A stretch of DNA of 64,000 nt from a virus. Of the stretch, positions 28,134 through 36,512 are shown one piece after another; the first letter of the stretch is position 1; each line of letters opens with the position of its first letter. The notes beneath the pieces are model-generated. The model saw only the letters and a list, made by a program, of their open reading frames with translations. It had not been told where the DNA came from and did no database searches. Where the stretch lies: IMG/VR virus record IMGVR_UViG_3300036045_000007; one strand, 5' to 3'. The translations under genes were made by a program, and so were the position numbers.

Positions 28134-28161
28134 ATTGTAACGCTGGCGTTAACCATGTCAA
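28134..28161 (-). promoter_or_regulatory. sigma70 promoter (TTGACA-16-TACAAT) predicting a leaderless transcript
   Basis: On the minus strand: TTGACA (28161-28156), a 16-nt spacer, TACAAT (28139-28134). Only 7 nt separate the -10 from ATG 28126, and there is no SD. Confidence 0.5.
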
Positions 28162-28250
28162 GGAAAGAAAAACCGCCGGGGCCGCAAAACTCAGTTCTTC
28201 CGACCGCACACCTTCACCGAGCACATTAGCTCATCGTGGTTCACGTTCAT

Positions 28251-30506
28251 TTATGCCGCCTCTTGAAAGCCTGCGGCTTGAAGCCGCGTCTCCTCATCCG
28301 TGAACAACTCAGGGAATAACGTCCGTGCTTCCGCTTCCATCTCGTTCATCTGGGCGCCGAACTCTTCGAGCGTCATCGGGCTACCGTTCGCACTGCCGAC
28401 CTTCACCCACTGCCTGGTCGGGCAACCCTCGTCGATCCGCTCGGCCAGGCTCTTGGCCAGTGCCATCTCGATCCCTTCGTCGCCGGACATGGCGACCAAG
28501 CCGTCGCTGCTGAACTTCCCTTCGATGGCCTGAGCAGCGGTGAGCTTGCGGCCCATGAGGGACATCGCCCTGGCCTGCATCGTCTCGTTGTAGAACAGGT
28601 AGTACACCTTGCACGGCAGGCGTTGTCCGATCCGCCACGACCGGCGACTGGCTTGCCGCAAGGTGAACAGGTTGTACCCGGTCGCGTAGAACACGAGCGT
28701 CGGGAAGTTGTGCTTGCCGCCCTTGTCGAACAGATCGAGCCCGGTCTCCACCAACTTCGGGTGTGAGATAATCACGTCGTTCTTGGGACCGTGCCGCTCG
28801 ATCCATTCCTCTCGCTTCTTCAGCTCGACCGCAGAGGTGAGCACCTCGGCCTTAACCCCGGCCTTGGTGATGAGGTTTTTCAACCGCGTGGCGACATCCC
28901 GTTCGCCGGTCATGACGGTGTATACCCAAACCTGGCGTCCTGCCCGGCGCTCTTCTTCGATGATGTCGAGTAGCTTCTGTTCCTTCGGCCTGATCGTCCG
29001 TTCGTCGAAGTTGGCTGGCTTGACGACGGGAATGAAGCACGTGCCGCCCATCGCATCGTTGCCGTAGTAGCCAACGGTATCCCATCCGAACGGGTAGTCC
29101 GGGTAGGCGAGCAGGGTTTGAAGGAACGTGCCGAGGAACCGCTTGTCCTTCCTGGCAACCATGTCCTTGATAACTTCCTCCATGATCTTCTGGATGCGTA
29201 GGTACTCAGGACCGATCTCGCTGTCCAAGTCCACGCCGCACACCGTCTCTTCGAGGACGGGCAAGTTGGCGGCTACCTCTTCCAATCCCAGGAACACGGC
29301 GTTCTGCATAAGGTGCCGACCGAACAGCGTGGGCATGATGCCGGGGCGAATGTACTTCTGCGTGTTCTTCGACGTGCCACGGCTCTGACGGTTCGAGTCG
29401 CTGGCCCGCTCTCGCTCAGTCACTCTCGTCTCAATGCGTCCGTACTTCTCACTGAACGCAGTCACCTGGCTCCAGGCAAAGCCCTCTTCAACCAGACTGG
29501 TAGGCGACAGTCTGAATAGCAGCGTGCGAACGTGCTCGGCGTAGCCGCCGATCAACGTGCCGGTCAAGGCCAGGCATTTGCGAGCCGACGCTGCGAGGGC
29601 CCCGAACGCATTGGCCTGGGCGGTGTTGGCTCCCTTCTCCTCGTGTGCCTCATCACCGATGAAGTAATCGAAGTAGCCCTTCATCTTCTTGTGGATGAAG
29701 TGGGCTGGTTCATAGCGGCGAAGCTCGCCGGTCATCTGCCAGAGCGGTTCACCGCAGACGCTCAACTTGTCGGTCAGCGGATCACGCACCGGCAGATGGC
29801 ACGTCATCCGCCTTCTCTGCAAATCCTCGACCGCCAGGTTCTCTCCCATTTCAGCAGCCACGTCGTCGTTCTCTTTGCCCTTTTTGGTGAGGCGACCGCA
29901 GCAGCTCGGGCAGCGGATGAACGATTCCTTGCGGCGTTGATACCAGACCGGCTCCCACTTGGCGCCGAGCTTGGCACGGTCGCGGGCGACGATGTACCAC
30001 GTCGGCTTGTCCGCTGGCAACCAGCTCCGCACCATGCGAGTGCGGCCACGCTTGGTCTCAGGAACCAGGCGGTAATTGCCACGGTAGTACCGAACGAGAT
30101 CACGGTGACTCTCGATGTGGATGACGCGGGCGTTGGGCACGGTCTCAAGAATCTCCCGCTCCCACTTCTTCACCAGTTGGCCGGGACACATGACGATCGC
30201 GCGGTACGCCGCCTTGTGCTCGGTCATTCGGTTGTGCGTCTCGACGATGCCCTGGGCAATGAGCGTCTTGCCTACCCCCATCTCGCCGATCACCATGAGC
30301 GATTCGTTCTCGGTCAATGCTTTGGCACCAGCGCAGATCACGTGGGCCTGCGGCTCGAACGGTTTCCGCTTCAGCTCGGCGACGAACAGATCGTCCCGAC
30401 CAGGCGAGTGCAGCGGTGTCATCGCCTGCTCTGCGTGCCTGGCCAGCAGTTTCCCATAAACTGCGAGGTACTCGTCTAAACTGTGCAGGTCTTCAATGGT
30501 CGGCAT
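28251..30506 (-). CDS. SNF2/DEAD-like superfamily-2 helicase with inserted Cys4 zinc ribbon
   Basis: Motif I GEMGVGKTLIAQG, motif II FIGDEAHEEKG, motif III LALTGTLIGGY and motif VI QASRRSWRIGQ. Insertion CPSCCGRL...C..VCGEP lies between motifs I and II. Confidence 0.85.
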   Translation of the reverse strand: MPTIEDLHSLDEYLAVYGKLLARHAEQAMTPLHSPGRDDLFVAELKRKPFEPQAHVICAGAKALTENESLMVIGEMGVGKTLIAQGIVETHNRMTEHKAAYRAIVMCPGQLVKKWEREILETVPNARVIHIESHRDLVRYYRGNYRLVPETKRGRTRMVRSWLPADKPTWYIVARDRAKLGAKWEPVWYQRRKESFIRCPSCCGRLTKKGKENDDVAAEMGENLAVEDLQRRRMTCHLPVRDPLTDKLSVCGEPLWQMTGELRRYEPAHFIHKKMKGYFDYFIGDEAHEEKGANTAQANAFGALAASARKCLALTGTLIGGYAEHVRTLLFRLSPTSLVEEGFAWSQVTAFSEKYGRIETRVTERERASDSNRQSRGTSKNTQKYIRPGIMPTLFGRHLMQNAVFLGLEEVAANLPVLEETVCGVDLDSEIGPEYLRIQKIMEEVIKDMVARKDKRFLGTFLQTLLAYPDYPFGWDTVGYYGNDAMGGTCFIPVVKPANFDERTIRPKEQKLLDIIEEERRAGRQVWVYTVMTGERDVATRLKNLITKAGVKAEVLTSAVELKKREEWIERHGPKNDVIISHPKLVETGLDLFDKGGKHNFPTLVFYATGYNLFTLRQASRRSWRIGQRLPCKVYYLFYNETMQARAMSLMGRKLTAAQAIEGKFSSDGLVAMSGDEGIEMALAKSLAERIDEGCPTRQWVKVGSANGSPMTLEEFGAQMNEMEAEARTLFPELFTDEETRLQAAGFQEAA

Positions 30507-30685
30507 TACTTCTCTCCTTTCAGTTTTTCGGTCTTGACGCTGATGCGTTCAAGCATCACGAGGTCGTCCGGCTTGTCGCCGGCATCAGCCATCGCTTCGG
30601 CTTCACTAATAACATCCGCACGTGTGCCCTCTAGGTCGTACACAAGTTCGACCTGTGCTTTGATTGATACGCGATATACACTCAT
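30506..30685 (-). CDS. small acidic protein (59 aa)
   Basis: ATG 30685 overlaps the upstream stop (ATGA) and has SD GGAGGG. Its stop overlaps the helicase start. Confidence 0.4.
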   Translation of the reverse strand: MSVYRVSIKAQVELVYDLEGTRADVISEAEAMADAGDKPDDLVMLERISVKTEKLKGEK

Positions 30686-31344
30686 GCGACCCTCCGAGGA
30701 ATAGTTAGGTGTCGATTCCGCAAGCCGCTGCTGACCAGCTCGTCGAAGCCGTCGGTGTGCAGGTACAACATGCCGCTGAACGTCTGGCATCCGTCGCAGA
30801 CTTCGAGCGTGGCGCCGCTGTGCCGATCACCCGCACATAACTTCTTCGCCATCCAGGGCACCCACTCTCGAATGAATGGCGTGGTATACCGTGGCATCTG
30901 CAACGCCAGTTCGAGTGCGGTCTCGTTGAGGACCGGGATGAATCCCTCGTCCATCGCAACCGAAACCATGTGGTAGGTGTTGTAACCCAGGCGTTGGGTG
31001 AAGTGGCGATAGCCATGCGGCGACCGCACCAGATCGGCGCCGAGGTACTTCTTCTTGCCTTTGAATCCGTCGTGCGTGTAACGCTCGACCCGGAACGGTC
31101 CGTCGAAGTGAGCGAAGAAGTTGTGGTCCCCGCTCAGGTGAGCACGTGTCGCTTTGATGCTGGTCTCCGGTCCGGCGACGGACAGGAGCATGATCTGTCG
31201 GTTGAACACGGAGATGGAGTCGGACCTCAGTTTGAAGCTCGACTGCTCGCCGTTGACGGTGAGGGCATGGACGTTCCAGTCAACTCCTGTGCCCGCAACA
31301 GGAATTCCGCCGAACACGCTCGGCGAATGCGCATGATCGACCAT
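30682..31344 (-). CDS. hypothetical protein (220 aa; start uncertain)
   Basis: Normal composition and no recognisable motif. ATG 31344 would overlap the recombinase 3' end by 118 nt. An internal Met (MLLSV, ~31191) would remove the overlap. Confidence 0.45.
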   Translation of the reverse strand: MVDHAHSPSVFGGIPVAGTGVDWNVHALTVNGEQSSFKLRSDSISVFNRQIMLLSVAGPETSIKATRAHLSGDHNFFAHFDGPFRVERYTHDGFKGKKKYLGADLVRSPHGYRHFTQRLGYNTYHMVSVAMDEGFIPVLNETALELALQMPRYTTPFIREWVPWMAKKLCAGDRHSGATLEVCDGCQTFSGMLYLHTDGFDELVSSGLRNRHLTIPRRVA

Positions 31345-32015
31345 TCTTCCCCCTTCGTGGTTAATAGGTTGTGATCCCGAAAGTGCTTGTGGATTTCAGC
31401 CCAACTGAATCCGGCCAAGTGTTGTTGCGCGATGTACGCCATCTGCTGGCGTTCGATTTCGTTCCGAATCCTGATCTTCGGTTTGCCAGGATTTCTGCGG
31501 CGCCAAAGGAAGCCGTAGCCAGCGTGTCCGTTGACCGCGTACCCTTGTGCGCTTGCCCATCGCTTGGCTTCTCGAATGCGCTCGGCGATGCGGCCCCTCT
31601 CGAACTCGGCGATGCACGCCAGCACGTTCTCAATCAGCGTTTGGATGTAGTCAGGTATATCGCCCTCGAAGAAGGGCATGTCGAGCATGTGAACTTTGAT
31701 GTCTCTCTTGGCCCACGACGACCGCATGACGAGGAAGTCTTCCAGCCTGCGGAAGCCACGGTCGAGCTTCATCACGATTACATGATCGCCATTCTCCAAT
31801 CGCTTGTTGAGCGCTGCACCCGCCTTGCGTTCGAGGAACTGATACTTCGCAGCGGACACCTTGTCGATGAAGAAGTCACCCCACAGCAGCTTGCTCGCCC
31901 ACTTGTCGGAGTAGTAGGTGAGGATGCGATCCTTCTGGACTTCGATGCCGTTGATCTGCCGGTCCGTCGATTCACGCACGTACCCGTAGGCGATTGGCTT
32001 TCGATCTTCGCTCAT
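31227..32015 (-). CDS. serine recombinase (resolvase domain plus recombinase domain, no zinc-ribbon/coiled-coil)
   Basis: N-terminus AYGYVRESTDRQ (nucleophile Ser) and VIVMKLDRGFRRLEDFL. Then a recombinase-domain pattern GYAVNGHAGYGFLW...EEWSIMRIRRA. Only 262 aa. Confidence 0.8.
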   Translation of the reverse strand: MSEDRKPIAYGYVRESTDRQINGIEVQKDRILTYYSDKWASKLLWGDFFIDKVSAAKYQFLERKAGAALNKRLENGDHVIVMKLDRGFRRLEDFLVMRSSWAKRDIKVHMLDMPFFEGDIPDYIQTLIENVLACIAEFERGRIAERIREAKRWASAQGYAVNGHAGYGFLWRRRNPGKPKIRIRNEIERQQMAYIAQQHLAGFSWAEIHKHFRDHNLLTTKGEEWSIMRIRRACSAEFLLRAQELTGTSMPSPSTASSRASN

Positions 32016-32018
32016 GCT

Positions 32019-33089
32019 TTACTCCCCGAAGGTACGAATGCGACCATCCCCGGTCGCGGCCCGAATCTTGAGGACGATCCGCTCGCTGTATGTGGTCTTG
32101 GTCACGGCACTGCCATCGGCAGCTTCGCTCTCGGCAACGTCGCTTACGAACGTCACCTTGCTGGCCGTTCCTCGCACCACGTGCGGCTCCTCGCCGTCAG
32201 GATGCACGACGCCATCGAGCGTGCCGGACGCCAGCAGCAGGGCGATGTGTCCGGTGTTCAATGGCAGTGGCGGTGTTGCCTTCGGCAACTCAGCGGGCGG
32301 TCGAAGATGCTGACGCAACGGCGAATTCATCAGAGCACGCGACAGCTCGGCGTCGGTGAAGTCCACCTTCTCCCATTTGGTCGGTGGACTCACGACTGGC
32401 GGATAATACAGGCCGATGTCTGCCGTATACTTCCACACCCTGAACTTCAAAGACTCGTCCATCTTGGTCGGCTTTGGTCGGCGCACCGCAGCGACGACGA
32501 CCTCATCGTATGGCCGATGCTCTTCGGGGAATGGGAACATGGCGATCTCGTCGTACCAGGTGTGGAAGTGAGACCGCACTTCGACTTTTTGTGCCACGGT
32601 ATGCGGGCACACGAAGAAGAGCACCCCACCCGGCGCCAGCAGCATCGTTGCCCGCATCAGGAACGCGGTCTCAACACGCCGTCCGCCGCCAATCTCGTCA
32701 TCGAACGGCGGGTTGACGTAGGCAAAGCCGAACGAACCGTTACTTATCGCACATCCTTGGAACGAAGCAGGTGCCAAGATGTTGGCGCCGAGCGGAAGCG
32801 CGTCGGCAACAGCCGCCGCGCGTGCCTCGTCGAGTTCAATAGCGTAGATCAGGTCAGGCGGCGTGCCCAAGTGCCCGGCGATCTGCTTCAGCGCCGCTCC
32901 TTGTCCTGCACACGGATCAATGATCGGGGTCGTGCTGACTGGCCGGAGATACTGCAAAGCATGAGCGAGTGCCTCTGGCGGAATCGGGTAAAATCCGCCG
33001 CGTGCCTGTGCTGCAAGTCTAGCCACGATCCACCCCCTTGCGGCGCGGATCGCGACCGCCGCGTTTCTTAATCTCTCCGACGTAGCCAC
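32019..33089 (-). CDS. N6-adenine DNA methyltransferase (class I SAM-dependent, NPPF type)
   Basis: SAM motif IIDPCAGQGAAL and catalytic motif FAYVNPPFDDE. N-terminal GGFYPIPPE resembles the stand-alone methylases of conjugative elements. Alternative GTG start at 33026. Confidence 0.75.
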   Translation of the reverse strand: MATSERLRNAAVAIRAARGWIVARLAAQARGGFYPIPPEALAHALQYLRPVSTTPIIDPCAGQGAALKQIAGHLGTPPDLIYAIELDEARAAAVADALPLGANILAPASFQGCAISNGSFGFAYVNPPFDDEIGGGRRVETAFLMRATMLLAPGGVLFFVCPHTVAQKVEVRSHFHTWYDEIAMFPFPEEHRPYDEVVVAAVRRPKPTKMDESLKFRVWKYTADIGLYYPPVVSPPTKWEKVDFTDAELSRALMNSPLRQHLRPPAELPKATPPLPLNTGHIALLLASGTLDGVVHPDGEEPHVVRGTASKVTFVSDVAESEAADGSAVTKTTYSERIVLKIRAATGDGRIRTFGE

Positions 33090-33588
33090 GACTGATGCCG
33101 TACTTGGCGGCTATCTCTTTGTGTGTCCCAGGCATTGCGATGATCTCTTTGATCTGCTCATCGCTCAATTTGCCTTGCGGATGATCCGTGCCTTTGGCCA
33201 AGAGGTTGCACGTTCCGTGGTCAACACGATCCTGAGCATTTACCGTCTGGGGCGCCCACGACAGGTTGTTGAATCTGTTGTTGTCCTTGTTGCCGTCAGC
33301 GTGCCTTGCTTCGTAGATGACACCAGCCTCGACTGGCTTGGCGCCTACGAATGATGTCAGCACTAGCTCGTGAACATGACGCACTCGCATCCTTCCCGCC
33401 GTGTAAATGTTCACACGATGGTATCCGTCTTTGTCCACTCGCTCTTTGAGTGGTTTCCAGATTCCGGTTTTCTTCGACCAGACCGTGCCGCCGTCCCCGA
33501 CAGCGTAGCCTGGGCAATAAGGCACAAGCGCGAACACCTCGCCGTGGACAACTGGCACGATGCCAGCGCCCACACGATGGGTCAGCAT
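33019..33588 (-). CDS. free-standing HNH homing-type endonuclease (NUMOD4 + HNH_3 + C-terminal HTH)
   Basis: NUMOD4-like VPYCPGYAVGDGGTVWS. HNH_3 HVHELVLTSF...ARHADGNKDNNRFNNLSWAPQTVNAQD. C-terminal HKEIAAKYGISRGYVGEI. SD AAGGAG lies 6 nt before ATG 33588 (track start 33708 trimmed). Confidence 0.8.
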   Translation of the reverse strand: MLTHRVGAGIVPVVHGEVFALVPYCPGYAVGDGGTVWSKKTGIWKPLKERVDKDGYHRVNIYTAGRMRVRHVHELVLTSFVGAKPVEAGVIYEARHADGNKDNNRFNNLSWAPQTVNAQDRVDHGTCNLLAKGTDHPQGKLSDEQIKEIIAMPGTHKEIAAKYGISRGYVGEIKKRGGRDPRRKGVDRG

Positions 33589-33704
33589 CAAATTCTCCTT
33601 TCCGCAGACCGGCAGGTCCGCTAGAATGAAGTTGCGAAGACTCTTGCACAAGCGAACAAAGGCCGGGGACTGATAACCCCCGGCCTTGTTCGTTTCCTCA
33701 CACG

Positions 33705-34565
33705 TCAATCCAATTCGGCGACCGCCTCGGCGTCGGCGATCACAGTTTCCAATTCCGCGTTCTCGGCCTTGAGCACCGGCATCGGCACCAGATTACCAAA
33801 CACGCCGTTCAATCGCGAGGATCGCCGCAGAATGTTGTCATTCCGCAGCGGCTTCCACGTCTCCGTCACACAGTTGTATAGCGACCAGAGATTCCTCGGT
33901 CCATACAACTCGTGGGCGTCCTGGGTCAACGCTGCGCCATCGCCGCCGACGCCACGAGGCAGCATGAGACCGCCCGGCTGAGCCGCCGCCAGATACAGAT
34001 TGGCAGCGGGCTTGACCATGTTCGTCGGCAGCACTTCCTGTCGCCACATATCGAGCAACAACGCCTTGGCCTCGACATCCTTGATCGGGATCGCCTTGAA
34101 CGAGTCGAGCCACTTGGCGACCAGATGGACGCGGTGCAACACAACTTCGAGCAGACCATCGGCGACCTTGGCCGGGTCGATTCTGCTCGTGTGCTTGCGG
34201 AAGCGTACCACTTCGCCTGTGAATGCCAGGTTATCGCAGACAAACACCCTGGGACCGCCGCAGTAACCCATCGACCAGGCTTTGTCATGCGCGTTCCTGA
34301 ATCCGAGAGCCAGACCTTGACCATCCGGCATTCCCTTGTCAGTCACGTCGATGACGCCGAACATGCGGGCCCCGCCGTGCGACAACCCGTAGCTCTCTTT
34401 GAGCAGCGGGAAGCCACGGTTGCTCAGCTCGGCCTTGATGACATCGACGACTTCGATGTGTGGCACCGGCTTGTGTGACTTGGTTGCCGGTGGGGTCACG
34501 ACCGCTCGAACCTCGTCGAGCGTGGCTGTCGTGCCTCCTGTGTGTAGCATCAGATTACCAGCCAT
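33705..34565 (-). CDS. DUF932-like protein (phage/plasmid family)
   Basis: Pattern ATLDEVRAV..PPATKSHKPVPH..V...ELSNRGF...ESYGLSHGGARMFGV...ALGFRNAHDKAWS...GPRVFVCDNLAF matches my recollection of DUF932/DUF945 proteins. Start set to ATG 34565 (GGAG 9 nt upstream). Confidence 0.6.
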   Translation of the reverse strand: MAGNLMLHTGGTTATLDEVRAVVTPPATKSHKPVPHIEVVDVIKAELSNRGFPLLKESYGLSHGGARMFGVIDVTDKGMPDGQGLALGFRNAHDKAWSMGYCGGPRVFVCDNLAFTGEVVRFRKHTSRIDPAKVADGLLEVVLHRVHLVAKWLDSFKAIPIKDVEAKALLLDMWRQEVLPTNMVKPAANLYLAAAQPGGLMLPRGVGGDGAALTQDAHELYGPRNLWSLYNCVTETWKPLRNDNILRRSSRLNGVFGNLVPMPVLKAENAELETVIADAEAVAELD

Positions 34566-34631
34566 TGCGAAAACTCCAATCGGGCGAACGGCTAAAGACA
34601 ACCGGCAACGTGCCGGTTCATCGCCAATGCT

Positions 34632-34844
34632 TTACCCTCCATAAGACCTCATGCAGCTGGCGGAACAGAACAGTCCGCGAATGTCGGAGTGACGACCGCC
34701 ATCACTCTCGATCCTGTAGGCGTACAGTACCGTCTTCCCTTTCCGTTCGCAAACTCCACCGCACCAGTCGCACGTTTGGCCGTTCACTTCGACACGGCTG
34801 CGATGCAGCTCGGTCCGAGCAAACGGATCACGGCTCACATACAT
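34632..34844 (-). CDS. small Cys-rich (zinc-binding-like) protein (70 aa)
   Basis: MYVSRDPF...CDWCGG...FCSASC. Track ORF trimmed to the internal Met. Confidence 0.4.
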   Translation of the reverse strand: MYVSRDPFARTELHRSRVEVNGQTCDWCGGVCERKGKTVLYAYRIESDGGRHSDIRGLFCSASCMRSYGG

Positions 34845-34926
34845 GCTCGACTCCGTGGGTGAGAAACACAACGGCCAACCCCTACGAGAAGTTGGCCGTC
34901 TCTGTTTCGTTGCTCTTTTGTGGACT

Positions 34927-35127
34927 TCACACAGCCGGGCGGAATACCCGGAACCGCCGCTGATCGCTCGGCGGCGGTTGCTGGACTCGCTTCGGCTGAA
35001 TGGCATCCTCAATGGGCTTGATCTGCTCGGCGTAGCAGCCAGGACAGATGCCGTGGCTCACCATGCCAGCGGGCCCCGGCTTCTCTCCCATTGGTGCTCG
35101 GCACCAAGCACATTGGACTTTCATCAT
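34927..35127 (-). CDS. small zinc-ribbon protein (66 aa)
   Basis: MMKVQCAWCRAPMG...HGICPGCY. Lies just downstream of the promoter at 35166-35194. Confidence 0.45.
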   Translation of the reverse strand: MMKVQCAWCRAPMGEKPGPAGMVSHGICPGCYAEQIKPIEDAIQPKRVQQPPPSDQRRFRVFRPAV

Positions 35128-35165
35128 GGTTGCGAACCTCAAGGGGTTGTCGAATTTGAAAATCC

Positions 35166-35194
35166 ATCTTACCACAATGTCGCCAAATCGTCAA
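35166..35194 (-). promoter_or_regulatory. sigma70-like promoter with GGCGACA spacer element
   Basis: Minus strand: TTGACG-ATTTGGCGACATTGTGG-TAAGAT (17-nt spacer). Confidence 0.5.
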
Positions 35195-35445
35195 CGATTT
35201 GACGCCTTTGGCTCCGGCCCTCGCAACAAAACGCGGTCGATGAATTCGCCGAGCCTGTCAATGGCCTCTTCGACCGTCGATGCCAGCGAAAACACTTTGC
35301 ACGTCGCGCAGTTGTCGGGGTCGTGGTCACACTCGCAGGCATGGGACATTGCGATCATGAGCGGGTCGTTGAGCGCTTCCATTTTGCCGACCGATGGCCT
35401 CACGGATCGCAGTGCCTCTGCCTGCTTTTGGTTCAACTGTTTCAT
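35191..35445 (-). CDS. hypothetical protein (84 aa, CxC...CxxC)
   Basis: ATGA overlap with the upstream gene. Motif HACECDHDPDNCATC. Confidence 0.45.
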   Translation of the reverse strand: MKQLNQKQAEALRSVRPSVGKMEALNDPLMIAMSHACECDHDPDNCATCKVFSLASTVEEAIDRLGEFIDRVLLRGPEPKASNR

Positions 35446-35678
35446 CGCAATGCCTTCCTCAGCTCGCGATCCTCAGCCTTCTTCCGCTTCAGATCGGACG
35501 CCATGTTGTGGGCGCCCTGAATCCACATTTGGCGATAGGTCACGGTGTACTTCGTCCGCTGACATTTCAGCTTGATCGTGAGGAATTTGCCACCAGGCAT
35601 GAGGGTGACGATCATCGGCCTGCCCATCTCGATCTCCGCCGTCTCACGCACAACGGGTCGAGTCAGTTTCGTCGCCAT
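35442..35678 (-). CDS. hypothetical basic protein (78 aa)
   Basis: ATG 35678 preceded by GGAGAATC. Track ORF trimmed. Confidence 0.45.
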   Translation of the reverse strand: MATKLTRPVVRETAEIEMGRPMIVTLMPGGKFLTIKLKCQRTKYTVTYRQMWIQGAHNMASDLKRKKAEDRELRKALR

Positions 35679-35853
35679 GATTCTCCAATCGCTGCACCAC
35701 AGCGGCATTGTGTTCCAACTCGTAACGCTTCGCCGCGTGGTAGGTGTGGAAGCGCTTCGAGCCCACGGTGTAGAACTTCTTGGCCTGCGGCACGCCGTTG
35801 ATCTGGCGCGTGAACGGGCCCCGCACTCGTACCATCCGTGTGCTCTTGCTCAT
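35644..35853 (-). CDS. hypothetical basic protein (69 aa)
   Basis: SD GGAGGGAG precedes ATG 35853. Confidence 0.45.
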   Translation of the reverse strand: MSKSTRMVRVRGPFTRQINGVPQAKKFYTVGSKRFHTYHAAKRYELEHNAAVVQRLENHGDETDSTRCA

Positions 35854-35862
35854 GGCTCCCTC

Positions 35863-36201
35863 CTATGTGTGGACGAACCAGCCAGTTCCCTCGGCCAGAC
35901 TCACGGTGAGCGACGGGAAGCTACCATCAGCCGGACTGTCCGGTCCCTGGTAGATCAACCCGCCATTGAACCGGAACGTCGCCGTCGATTCCAGATCGCC
36001 ACGCTTCACGCGCAACACGCGAAACGAAAACGAGTGCGGCGCGAAGTCCTTTCCGAGCTGGCACAGCGTTTCATACTCGTCCGTCTCGCCGTAGGTGGAG
36101 AGATAGTCGAGCTGCTTCTGAAGCTGCTCGTGTTTGCCGATGCGGCGCGCGAATGCACGCACGGACTCCAAGTAATCAGGATCACAAATCACGGTCAACA
36201 T
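35863..36201 (-). CDS. DUF4120-like protein (conjugative-element family)
   Basis: Pattern GKDFAPHSFSF...FNGGLIYQG...GTGWFVHT resembles the DUF4120 proteins of Bacteroidota conjugative transposons. From memory, not searched. Confidence 0.45.
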   Translation of the reverse strand: MLTVICDPDYLESVRAFARRIGKHEQLQKQLDYLSTYGETDEYETLCQLGKDFAPHSFSFRVLRVKRGDLESTATFRFNGGLIYQGPDSPADGSFPSLTVSLAEGTGWFVHT

Positions 36202-36212
36202 GCGAAGACTCC

Positions 36213-36512
36213 TTAATCGAGGTACTCGTACTGCAATGCTTGCGGGTCATCGTAAACCGCTTGGCCTACTTTCTCAGCGACGGTGCTTGCGGCGCCATAG
36301 CCGTGCCCGCGCAAGGGTATGCCTTCGTTCCTGTCGTTCCACGTGAAGATGCCAGCCGCACACAGGCGTCCGGTCACGTTGATGATGCGGCTATCGAAAA
36401 CAACGAACACTTTCACGTACCGAGTGTTCCTTGTCTTCTTCACGACGAGAGTGTATAGCCTGGTTTGTTTGGGCATCACTTCACGCAACCGTGCTTTGGC
36501 CTCGTCGTTCAT
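36213..36512 (-). CDS. hypothetical protein (99 aa)
   Basis: ATG 36512 overlaps the upstream stop (ATGA) and has SD GGAGG. Confidence 0.5.
   Translation of the reverse strand: MNDEAKARLREVMPKQTRLYTLVVKKTRNTRYVKVFVVFDSRIINVTGRLCAAGIFTWNDRNEGIPLRGHGYGAASTVAEKVGQAVYDDPQALQYEYLD

Noticed and set aside
31227-32015. Gin/Cin-type invertase switching tail-fibre genes
   Set aside because: The recombinase is more than 17 kb from the fibre genes and on the other strand block. I saw no inverted crossover repeats flanking the fibre C-termini.
31371-33071. 566-aa + strand ORF
   Set aside because: It is antisense to the serine recombinase and methyltransferase, which have clear catalytic motifs. The Arg/Leu/Pro/His-rich composition is typical of antisense frames in GC-rich DNA.
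28251-33089. A complete DISARM or BREX defence system
   Set aside because: Only an SNF2 helicase and an adenine methylase are present. There are no DUF1998/helicase (drmA/B), PLD, PglZ or BrxC-type genes. The phage early-operon context fits counter-defence or self-modification better.
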